Source: Alloascoidea hylecoeti
Lineage: Eukaryota
Assembly (NCBI GenBank): GCA_001600815.1
Contig: BCKZ01000001.1
Span: forward strand, 1,459,389-1,523,388
Reading direction: 5' to 3'
Length of the DNA stretch: 64,000 nucleotides
Each line of letters starts with the position of its first letter. Position 1 is the first letter of the stretch. The notes below the pieces were generated by a model that did no database searches, had not been told where the DNA came from, and was given only the letters and a program-made list of their open reading frames with translations. Below are positions 13,781 through 24,315 of the stretch, in pieces. The position numbers and the translations under genes are program-made.

Positions 13781-14800
13781 CAGTTATATAAAAGACCAAG
13801 CTTCATTGTAGATCTTCTATTTTACCTTTCAATTGAAACCGGAGCCATAACCGGAGCCATCGCAGGTTGCGATTTAGCTGGTGTTGTGGTTAAAATTGGT
13901 TCTGATGTTACTAATATATTTATTGGCGATACTGGACTTGCATTAGTACATGGTTCAAATAAAGCTGGGCCAGATAACGGGTCCTTTGCACAATATACTG
14001 ATGTTAAATCTAACGCATTTTTTAAATTGAAAGGTTTGAAGAGACCAGAATCTGATAGTATCCCAAGAGGTATTCCAACTACTTTTGAAGGTGCTTGTTC
14101 ATTAAGAGCTGCTTTAATAACTGATATAATTAGTTTATTTATTAACTTGAGAGGATCATTCGGATTAAGTAAAACGAGTCCGGAGGAAGCAGAGAAATAT
14201 ATATTGATTTGGGGTGGTGCTTCTTCAACAGGAAAGATTGCAATTCAATTTGGTAAACTTATTGGATGGAAGGTCATCACATCAGCTTCTAAGAAGAATC
14301 ACGCTGAATTGAAAGAAATAGGAGCGGATTTTGTTGCTGATTATCATGATTCCGATGTTGTTGAACAGATTAAAGCTATTGGTGGGGAGGATATAGTGTA
14401 TGCTTTAGATTCAATTTCAATAGCAGATACTATTCAAGCAACTCATGATTCTGTTTCTTCAACAAAACCTGTTATTTTTGATAACTTATTTGGATTTGGA
14501 TCTAATGACATTAAAAACCTTAAACCAAATGTCAGAGTTACACAAACCTTCGCATATTTTTCATCTGGTGATCCTTTTTACTTCAACAGAGTTGATAAGG
14601 TTTCAAATCCAGCACTTGCTGAATTTGTGAAAAATGCTCAACCAGCTGTTGCTAATGCTGTTAGTAAAGGATTAATTCAACATATTCCGATTAAAGTACT
14701 TCCAAATGGGTTGAATTCAATCAATGAAGGGTACTTATTATCCAAAGATAATAAGGTATCTAATGAAAAACTGGTCATCAGACCCTCTGACACAAAATGA
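13781..14800 (+). pseudogene. 5'-deleted, ATG-less copy of MDR enoyl-reductase-like oxidoreductase (YNL134C/YCR102C-type family)
   Basis: Frame open 13781-14800 with no Met codon; aligns to the 16166-17272 paralog from about codon 49 (LFY...GAIAGCDLAGVVVKIG); first ~48 codons deleted; 12-bp tandem duplication aaccggagccat at 13837-13860. Confidence 0.8.
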
Positions 14801-16165
14801 TAAGTATACGGTATAGTAAACATATAGACTACATATACCTAGTACATGTACCTATAAACATTTTTATACAATAAGTATTATATATATTACAAGCTACCAT
14901 ATGATAAAGTTAATAACATTAAAGTTTTCAAGTAATACATTCAAGGTATAGGTTATGCATATGCATATGCATTGCAGCTGCCTAATTGTTCCTCAATTGG
15001 GTTTCCACATATTGAGTTACTTCAGACCATCATTATATAAAAAAGGGTAAGAAAACTTATAAATATAAGAAGCAGTTCGGGATCATTCCCTTCTCTTTCT
15101 TATTTTTTTTTTTCTATAAAATTTTCAAACCCATTCATACTTAATTTTACTTTATTTATAGGATGAAAACCTCAACCTCAATAAACATAATATTTGGATG
15201 TATAATCTCCGCAATTATGTCACTTGAAAGTTGAAATAGCGACGATATTCACTCTACTCAGGTGTGAACAATTCGATTTCTAGCCCTCGTTATGCTAATA
15301 GTTATAATACCATAGCTACTATTATTGCCCCTATACCGTGACAGTTATATACATATATAACCTTATATACATTTTTTTATAGCCTTTGACAGCATAATTT
15401 CCCATAAAATAGTTATATATATATATATGGCAAATTTAAATTCAAAGCTTGTCAATTAGCTGGAAAATTATAATTAGCATTAACACTATCACAACGGCAT
15501 CGCATAAGAATGGTTGTTGTTAATTTATAAAATAAACTTCAAAATTTGGCCAACCTCAAGAAGACAGCCCAGCCCGATCCCGCTAGTAGAAGATGTTAAT
15601 GGACTCCATATGAAACTTCAATGTGTTTTAAGTGCTAAACCAGCTAAGACTGATCCAGAGGTTCCTGTGCTACACCGGCCTCACCAAGCTGAAAGTCTGT
15701 TGCATCACAATTGTGAATGATCTCTGGCTGGTAATGATTTTCGGTCATTAAGGCAATCCGTATTTTGTACCATCTATCGAGGTCCTATTTGTTACTGCTG
15801 AGAAAAATATACGCTTCAAATATCTTAGTTGTTATTATGAAGATCCTCGGATTCCTCTTGAGAAAGTTGAACGGTCTAGCAATCTGTCCGATTGATCTAT
15901 TCGGCTCAAGACGGCTTTCCGCAATGTAGTTTAGTAGCCATACTTCCTTCCTTGCCGCTAGGTATAAATATTCCGAGGAATATTGTGGACTTTACCATTG
16001 CTGGTGACTGTGGAGTGGAGAAAGGGAAACAGACTTCTTAGATAAAGGTGGTCAGAAACACTGGTCTGATCAGTTACAATGCTAATGTCATGATATAAAA
16101 TTTATTGAAAGAGTATACTTATGGGTAGAATATACATATATGTGTACGTAAGCTATTTATCCTTA

Positions 16166-17272
16166 TCATTTTGTGTCAAAAGGTCTGACAACCAACTTTT
16201 CATTAGACACCTTATTATCTTTAGATGATAAAAGTCCTTCATTAATTGAATTCAATCCATTTGGAAGTACTCTAATCGGAATATGCTGAAAAGAACCATC
16301 ATTAACAACTTTGGTGATAATTGGTTGAACCTTTTTAATAAATTTGACAATTTTAGGGTCGTAATTTGCCTCAAATCCAAATAAAGGTTCACCAGATATA
16401 TATTCTATAGTTTGTGTAAGTTTGACATTTGGTTTAAGGTTTTTAATGCTATCAGATTTAAGTCTTAATAAGTTATCTAAAATAACAGGTTTTGTTGAAG
16501 AAACAGAATCATGAGTTGCTTGAATAGTATCTGCTATTGAAATTGAATCTAAAGCATACACTATATCCTCCCCACCAATAGCTTTAATCTGTTCAACAAC
16601 ATCGGAATCATGATAATCAACAACAAAATCCGCTCCTATTTCTTTCAATTCAGCGTGATTCTTCTTAGAAGCTGATGTGATGACCTTCCATCCAATAAGT
16701 TTACCAAATTGAATTGAAATCTGTCCTGTTGAAGAAGCACCACCCCAAATCAATATATATTTCTCTGCTTCCTCCGGACTCGTTTTACTTAATCCAAATG
16801 ACCCTCCCATATGGTAAATCAAACTGATGAAAATAGTCGGCAATGAAATTCCTAATGAAGATGCGCCTTCAAAAGTAGTTGGAATACCTCTTGGAATATT
16901 ATCAGATTCTGATCTCTTCAAACTATTCAATTTATAAAACATATGAGATTTAACTGCACCATACTGTGAAAAAGCTCCATTATTAGGCAAAAATTTATTC
17001 GAACCATGTATTTGGCCAAATCCCACATCACCAACAGAGACATGTGTAATTTCGGAACCAACTTTAACTACAACACCAGCTAGATCACTGCCTGAGATGG
17101 CACCGACTCCAGATAAACCATAAAATAGACTCTTCCAATCTGTGGGATTAATTGCCGCAGCTTCGATCTTAACAAGTATTTCATCAGATTTTATGGAAGG
17201 GATTGGAACTTCCTTAATGATGACGGAATCTGTTGCTGTAACGGCGGCTATTTGATGTGATGGAATCGACAT
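16166..17272 (-). CDS. Zinc-independent MDR enoyl-reductase-like oxidoreductase (YNL134C/YCR102C/YLR460C-type family)
   Basis: AAAINPTDWK, GSDLAGVVVKVG, GAFSQY, LIWGGASSTG Rossmann motif, VSNEKLVV C-terminus. Confidence 0.9.
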   Translation of the reverse strand: MSIPSHQIAAVTATDSVIIKEVPIPSIKSDEILVKIEAAAINPTDWKSLFYGLSGVGAISGSDLAGVVVKVGSEITHVSVGDVGFGQIHGSNKFLPNNGAFSQYGAVKSHMFYKLNSLKRSESDNIPRGIPTTFEGASSLGISLPTIFISLIYHMGGSFGLSKTSPEEAEKYILIWGGASSTGQISIQFGKLIGWKVITSASKKNHAELKEIGADFVVDYHDSDVVEQIKAIGGEDIVYALDSISIADTIQATHDSVSSTKPVILDNLLRLKSDSIKNLKPNVKLTQTIEYISGEPLFGFEANYDPKIVKFIKKVQPIITKVVNDGSFQHIPIRVLPNGLNSINEGLLSSKDNKVSNEKLVVRPFDTK

Positions 17273-19082
17273 TTGTGTATATTGATAGATACGTATTAGA
17301 TGAATTTAAAAAGAAGTGCAACTTGGGCCTTTATAACTTTTATAAAGAATTTCGATGGCTTGGAGTAATTGATTGGGTATATAAACTTGCATTTTGCTTA
17401 TTAATTGTATTCCAAATAAGCGGAGTTAGCGATGTTTGATCAACCCAGCGGAATTAGCGGATATTATTGCTTCCTTGTAAATGTAGTTAGATGAATTTGT
17501 TTTTAATTTATCGTAGCATTGTTAATATCAATGTGATACAGCCAGTTACTTTAAAGTTTAAGGTGGTTTTAATTACTTAGCTAGACTGGAATAACGACAT
17601 CGGGTTCTTAGATTATTATAAGTCAAACATACAATTGCAATAAACAAATTACACAGCGAATAAATTACAAAATTAATCTCTCAAGCCTTAAGTGTCGACT
17701 TAAGTTTACATGTTTCCACCGCTAAATAAACTAATTTCATGATTTCAGAGTACATCTTTCCGTTTCATACAACATGATTATAAGCCACGTTCAAGATATT
17801 ATATTAATATGACATAGCATCTTTTGATTTCTTTCCAAGTTGCAATTGTCTCATGTGATTTTAACTATATAGGGATAATATACTAATATTTATTAATATA
17901 AATATGATCACACCAATTGGCACCTTTATTACCTTTTTTGGAGGTGTCAGTTGGTTGACGCTCTATAAATATTCAACCAAAAGGAAAAAGTGTTGAAAAT
18001 TGGTCTCAAAAGATCAAGAATGCAATCATACTATTATATGATATTCAACTTAAATAACAAGCTTCATGAGCTTGTGATGAACACAGTCAGTGAATATGCA
18101 GTTGGCGAAAACTCCGTATTACGCATCTTTTTCTTAGAAATCCAAAAATAAAAAGGGGGAACATTATGGCCAGCCATTGAATACTCTACCTGCTCTTAAA
18201 GGAGTTCATGATATTCCGTAGATGCTAGATATTATATTATAAATGATAATTTAAATCCAGTATTTAGTGTTGGCGACCATAACCCTATAAACGCCTACAA
18301 CTCTAGATATATTTTTGGATCATCAGTCAATCCAATTATTAGTTACCAGTATACTCTGAGCTTCGAGACCCCATATTTTGAAATAGACATATTTTTAGGG
18401 GTTTCTCAATTTCTACACCGTGTCTATTGATACTAGTAGTTTCCTTAAGATATTATTGAAAAAGTCAGTCCACGAAGAGATTCCATATCAGAAATACAAT
18501 TGAAAGACTACAATATTAATCAGAATCAGATCTAGAAGAGTAATGGTATAAAATCATTGCATAAATAATATATGCATTTGCAGGTCCCTTTTTATACGAG
18601 AAAATGGACAATTCAAAATAAATTGTCTGTGATGAAATAATCAGAATTGTGGAAAAGCAATATTTTCAGTAAATAATGAAAATTCGTCATTCTAAAGGCT
18701 TTAATAATAAAGATTACACGTTCGAAATCGATGAAGAAGATATCACGAAAAAATTTGAAAATGTGATCGTTTCTTCTATAACATTAACAATCTTAATAGA
18801 AACTCGAAAAAATCGCTTAGCGCTGACGATGAAAATTTAGAAGAAGGAGTTAAATTTAAACTCAGAAAGATAGTTATAATTATTAATAGAAATATGTTTT
18901 ATTTCGCACTTGTAAATCCTTTGTAAGCTATATTGTAGACTTAAGCGCTTAAGTTTAGTTCATTTCGTTTATATTATTATTCATATTGGTTTAATATTTA
19001 GGGTGTCAGGGCCATAATTAGTTCTTCCACTGTATATATTAAAGAATATATATAGCTAGGCATAGCGCATGTTTGAGAAGAA

Positions 19083-19740
19083 TTTTTTTTTTTTAACTTT
19101 TCATATATTTTCCAATTAAATTATATAACTAGAAACTATGTAAATTCTGAGGAAATCTCTACTATATATAGTGAAATCAAAACCTCTTTTTCTATTCTTC
19201 TTTCTTCTCTTCTCTTCTCTTCTCTTCTTATGAACCAAGACCACCTTAAAAGTAATTAATTTTTTTTTACTAGATTTTTTTTACTTTTTCAAGTTTTTAG
19301 ATATTAGAATCCCCCAATCAATCTCATTTAATATTTGTGGTGGTGTCCCCGCAAATCTAATATTTTTTCTTTTTGATAAAAGCCCCATTTTTTTCTATAT
19401 TGCTTTCTTTTGTATTTATAATCAATAATTTGATCCCTATTCTTTCGCTTCCTAACATCATCTTTTTTAGTATTCTTATTGTTGAGCAATCTTCAAATAG
19501 ATGTAATATGTCGTCTTTACCTTGTTGACATAAACTACAAATATCAGATTTTTGCCACCATTGTTTTGCATTTTTATTATGAGTAACATATCCCAAGCTG
19601 AGCAAATGTATCCATTGTGTCTCCTCAGGGTGTTCCTTATATATTTCTTTGATAAATCCCAACCATTGCTTCCAATTTTCATCTTTTAGTTCTGGAATTA
19701 ACTGCATCCATTTGTTCGGTTTCGATATTATTTATTTTGG
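19083..19740 (-). mobile_element. 5'-truncated L1-clade non-LTR retrotransposon relic (ORF2 C-terminal zinc knuckle, 3' UTR, poly-A)
   Basis: CSLCQQGKDDILHLFEDC = CX2C...HLF..C knuckle typical of LINE ORF2 ends; frameshifted tail RFAGTPPQILNEIDWGILISKNLKK* ending ~19281; purine-rich 3' UTR ending in an A12 run (T run 19083-19094 on +); no TSD found. Confidence 0.7.
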
Positions 19741-19788
19741 TTCCAAGGACGCTCCCGACAAAGTGGAATTCTCCAGACCCAAGAAACT

Positions 19789-19871
19789 GCCTTGCTAGCT
19801 CAATCGGTAGAGCGTGTGACTCTTAAAAAGATGTTATCACAAGGTTGGGGGTTCGAGCCCCCCGTAGGGCT
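19789..19871 (+). tRNA. tRNA-Lys(CTT) with 10-nt intron (19826-19835)
   Basis: GCCTTGCTAGCTCAATCGGTAGAGCGTGTGACTCTTA[aaaagatgtt]ATCACAAGGTTGGGGGTTCGAGCCCCCCGTAGGGCT; cloverleaf, A/B boxes, downstream T-run terminator. Confidence 0.95.
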
Positions 19872-20292
19872 TTCTTTTTTTCCAATTTTGGAGCTCTGAG
19901 TAAATGCACGTTCTTTTTCCATATTCGGATTTCCCTCCTACTGACCCGAACAGGTTGAAATAAATATTTAATATTCCGCACTTGGATTAGTAGTAAACAG
20001 CCTTTTAAAGATGAGCATATTCCGCCCGACGTAGATGCACGGAACCCACTAAAATGCAGAAAAGCCCGTGGGGTTAATTTTATTAGTCACTCGAGCAGGT
20101 ACCCGATATCGGAAGCCCCGGTTGTGCATGCTTACTGGTAACAGCTTGTAGATCGTACCCGATCCGTTCCGACAACTTAAGGACCTGGAGCAGATCCCGC
20201 CAATTGAAATTGCAAGTATAAAAGTTTGTGTTCTGTCGGATGATTCCTCCTTTTCTCATCTCCCCCATCCTTGGTTTCTTAACTATTGCACC

Positions 20293-21567
20293 ATGTATCG
20301 ATCAATTGTCTCCAGAAATACAGCTTCAACCTCCTTTTTGTTACGTGCTTTGGCTCGCCAGAACTCAACTTGGGCTAGTGTTAAATTAGGTCCCCCTGAT
20401 GCAATTCTAGGAATCACTGAAAATTTCAAAAAGGACACTTTTGAAAAGAAGATTAATCTTGGTGTTGGTGCTTATAGAGATGACCAAGGTAAGCCATACG
20501 TTCTTGCTTCTGTTAAACAGGCAGAAAAGAACATTTTAGCAAAAAATTTGGATAAGGAATATGCCGGAATTACTGGTATTCCAGCTTTTACCAAGAAAGC
20601 CGCTGAATTGGCTTATGGTGCCGAATCTACTCCTTTATTAGAAAATAGATTGGCTATAACCCAAACCATCTCTGGAACTGGTGCTTTAAGAGTTGGTGCT
20701 GAATTCTTAAGTGCTTTTTACCCAAATAAAACAATTTTATTACCAAATCCTTCTTGGGCAAACCACAATGCTGTTTTCAAAGCTGCTGGCGTTGAACCTT
20801 TGAAATATAGGTATTATGATGATAAAACAATCTCTTTAGATTTTGAAGGTTTTGTTGATGATTTAGAAAAAGCTCCAAATGGAACTGCTGTTCTATTACA
20901 TGCTTGTGCTCATAACCCAACTGGTGTTGACCCAACTCCTGAACAATGGAGAAAATTAAGTGAAGTTTTCAAAGCTAAAGGTCATTTCCCATTCTTTGAT
21001 ATGGCTTATCAAGGTTTTGCTTCCGGTGATGCTGCAAAAGATGCATATGCTGTAAGATACTTCGTTGAACAAGGTCATCAAGTTGCTTTATGCCAATCTT
21101 TTGCCAAAAATATGGGTTTATATGGTGAGAGAGTTGGCGCTTTCTCATTAGTTGCTGCATCTCCAGAAGAAAAAGCAAAGATTGAGTCTCAATTAAAGAT
21201 CATTATTAGACCTTTATATTCAAATCCTCCAATTCATGGTGCTCGTATTGCGGCTGAAATTTTAAATGATCCATCTTTAACAAAACAATGGTTAGATGAT
21301 GTTAAGGGAATGGCTGATCGTATGAATGGTGCAAGGTCTTTATTAAAACAAAATTTGGAAAAATTAGGTTCTAAAAAGAATTGGGATCATATTACAAGTC
21401 AAATTGGTATGTTTTGTTATACCGGTTTGAAACCAGAACAAGTTGATAGATTAGCAACTGAATTTAGTATCTATTTGACTAGAAATGGTAGAATTTCAAT
21501 CGCTGGAATTACCACTGGTAATGTTGAATATTTAGCTCAATCTATTCATGAAGTTACAAAAGAGTAA
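20293..21567 (+). CDS. AAT1: Mitochondrial aspartate aminotransferase
   Basis: Arg/Ser-rich presequence, [42 protein letters not shown]-Lys [13 protein letters not shown]. Confidence 0.93.
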   Translation: MYRSIVSRNTASTSFLLRALARQNSTWASVKLGPPDAILGITENFKKDTFEKKINLGVGAYRDDQGKPYVLASVKQAEKNILAKNLDKEYAGITGIPAFTKKAAELAYGAESTPLLENRLAITQTISGTGALRVGAEFLSAFYPNKTILLPNPSWANHNAVFKAAGVEPLKYRYYDDKTISLDFEGFVDDLEKAPNGTAVLLHACAHNPTGVDPTPEQWRKLSEVFKAKGHFPFFDMAYQGFASGDAAKDAYAVRYFVEQGHQVALCQSFAKNMGLYGERVGAFSLVAASPEEKAKIESQLKIIIRPLYSNPPIHGARIAAEILNDPSLTKQWLDDVKGMADRMNGARSLLKQNLEKLGSKKNWDHITSQIGMFCYTGLKPEQVDRLATEFSIYLTRNGRISIAGITTGNVEYLAQSIHEVTKE

Positions 21568-22324
21568 ATTTATTTTTAATATAATTAAATAAAATATAAT
21601 ATAATTATAATGAACCTATATTTGATAATTGAAACGTAGTAAAGTTTAAATGTCACCATTATACTTGTAAGTATCATATTAGAAGCTTGGAATTAATAAT
21701 TAGCTTCATATATATTTACATATAATATTCTGTAAGATGGTAAATTTATAAAGGAATGTGTTGAAATTAATTAATAAACATAATTTTTACCATCACATTA
21801 TAATTATTATATTATAAGGCCCTATATTAAATTGCCCCACAATTTTTCTACTGGTATGTAACATTTGAATTCTTATAATTAAGCTTTGATCATGTGGTAG
21901 CTATCCACTCCCCAGTCATTTTGTTACTTATAAATTCTAATAAATTCAAGATTGATTGCAATTTTTATAAGCTTAATTATTAGGGTATTGGAGCCAATTT
22001 GATGGCCTTATTATTATTGTACCAAAAAATCGCGATATCGTTTGGCCATGTTATATATAATTAATAACAATTGCAAGCTAATATGATCAGGTCATTCTTG
22101 CTGATTGGCTCATAATACAAGTAAGTGATTACCCTGCTATCTACCATTCCATTCCTAAAACGGTAAAACCTATAAATCCAATTCTCAGTTAAGTTACGTA
22201 CCCCCGCTTACATATATCATTATTAGTCAAGCTTAGTGTTTAGTTCAAGCCCATCACATCAGCTTCCTTACTGTATCATAAAAATCCCTTAATATCCCAA
22301 TGTCACTTTCTTCTTTACTTTAGA

Positions 22325-23300
22325 ACACTGAAGATAATTCATGGCCGCCAAAACTTCCTGAAATTATGTGTTAACAATAAGGTTAATTTAACACAATCAG
22401 AAAAAGTCAAATTAAGTTATGAACGTCTTGAATTTCTTGGTGATTCTATTCTTAATCATTTAACAACTTTAATTTTATAACAAAGATTCCCTGATGCTAA
22501 CAGTAAGAAGATCAAATATTGTTAATAATAAAACACTTGTAGATTGGGCACATTTATATGGATTTGAAAATCGAATAATAAGATTACCATTAAGTGTTGA
22601 TCAAGACCATCATAATTCAAAAATTTATGCAGATTTGATAGAATCATATATCGGAGCGTTATTTCTTGAAGATAAATCATATGATAGAATTCAATCATGG
22701 TTGTATAAACTAATCTATAAGTGAAGAAAATACTGATGCGGGAAAACTTTTTGGAGTGGGTGTTTATATTGAAGATGAATATTTGGGGATAGGGAAAGGA
22801 AAAAATTTAAGAGAAGCCGAATTATCATCGGCAGAACATGCTTTAAAAAATCATAAATTACTAGAAAAGTATGCTGCACTTAAAATATCAGAAAGTAATA
22901 CTCAATCTGTTATTGCAAGGAGAAAGAACGATGTTTCGAACTCAAAAATATCAAAAAACCAAAGTCTATCAAGCAACGTTAACGAAAATTCAGAAGATAG
23001 CTATATTTAGTAACAATAAAGAAAACGAAAAAGGAAATGAATATGAAAATTTGAATCAAATTAGACACATAGATGGTGTACCAAAACCTTTGGCTACTCA
23101 AATTCCTGATATTCAAATTGATCTGAAGACTAAGAATATTTTTTATAGCTATAGTGTATTACACCAAAATATATTTGTATATGGATACTAATTATTTCAC
23201 TAATAAAGAGAATGATGATTACAGCAAATGTTTTAATTCTAGGTATTGGCGAAGCAAATACCAAGGGAGAACGAAAAGCCATAATGAAAATAAGCATCTA
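22325..23300 (+). pseudogene. Decayed RNase III of the Rnt1/budding-yeast Dcr1 family, with two dsRBD remnants
   Basis: WPPKLPEI (~22342), ERLEFLGDSIL (22421), in-frame TAA after LTTLIL, frameshift/deletion at FPDA, KIYADLIESYIGAL, dsRBD1 LGIGKGKNLREAELSSAEHALKN, dsRBD2 remnants IDLKTKNIFYS and LGIGEANTKGERKAIM. Confidence 0.85.
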
Positions 23301-23309
23301 GCTTAGTTG

Positions 23310-24109
23310 GTCGGATCAAGCTATACTTATGGTAAAACTGGCAGAATTGTAGGTGTTCCTAAGAATACCGCGAGACGCATCTAGCTTCCTTGCAAGACAT
23401 CTCGCACTGTAGAACACACAACCAAGTGATAGGAGATAAAGATATATTCGAATGGTCGTAGAGATCTAATAAGAATATTACAAAAAAGTACAACAAAAAA
23501 GATGTGATATTAGTCTGCTATGGAGAAGTTTTGTGGAAGGGTTATTTCAGAGGTGACAATCATAAAAGTATCATAAAGGGTAGAAATACCTTTTCAAGAT
23601 TTTTAAGGTGTATTCTTGAACAGGAGAGTTCCCCTATTCTTATATAAAAAGAAATACAGTAGAAAAACAAATGGAACTATTATATTGGCACACGAGCTTT
23701 CAGACCTAAATCCCATTGAAAACCGTTTGGCACAGGCTCATAAATAACCCGACAAAAATTACTCAAAGTTCGCTATAATGAAAGATAGACTCAAGAACTC
23801 AAGGCTCGTCTTTCAGTAGTATTGTTAGAGTTATGGGGCTAGCTAGATCAATCACTTCTCGATGGCTCCTCGTATGCTCATCATAACCGAGTCTATGGCA
23901 CTAAAAGTAGCCGTAGTACCAAAAGGAGGGAAATTTTACTACTACAATTGTCTTCAGTGATGCTTAGAGAGGTTAGAGAATATTATTTATATTTTATTTA
24001 GTAATATTTCCTTGAGAATTGCTTCTTTATTCAAGATTTTATGTCTATAAATTTTATGTTTTTTCGGAGTGATGCAAGAAACTTGCATAACCCATCGACA
24101 CCTACTGTA
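23310..24109 (+). mobile_element. Tc1/mariner (IS630-Tc1) DNA transposon relic
   Basis: HTH-like TYGKTGRIVGVPKNTARRI (~23325), DLNPIEN/VW motif at 23703-23730 (SPDLNPIENVW consensus, frameshifted), AVVPKGGKFYY C-terminal motif (~23910), candidate right end ...gacacctactg|TA at 24097-24109. Confidence 0.7.
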
Positions 24110-24315
24110 TATAAATATTTACTTATACATACTCATACGTTCAAATTGACCTTTACATTTAACATGGCTGCTCCCATATGTTAGATTTGTAAGTCTTACC
24201 AGGCCATCTAATGGCACATATGTAACATATGTATAGCGCAATCCTTTGACCCAATCGGTGTTTGGATGTTTACGATTGCTACAAGTATGCCATATCCCAT
24301 TTTTATTAAAATTGT

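Larger units (their letters stand above)
13250..17890. repeat. Inverted (tail-to-tail) duplication; arms ~13250-14810 and ~16155-17890 including upstream non-coding DNA
   Basis: Matching blocks in opposite orientation: ccgctaattccgctgggttgatcaaac (~13645/~17435), aataatctaagaacccgatgtc (13501/~17596), aaagaaatcaaaagatgctatgt (~13313/~17812); coding tract 14156-14490 vs 16468-16802 nearly identical. Confidence 0.9.

Noticed and set aside
13250..17890. Inverted-repeat centromere (Komagataella or C. tropicalis type)
   Set aside because: Arms are diverged gene paralogs, one intact; only ~335 bp is near-identical
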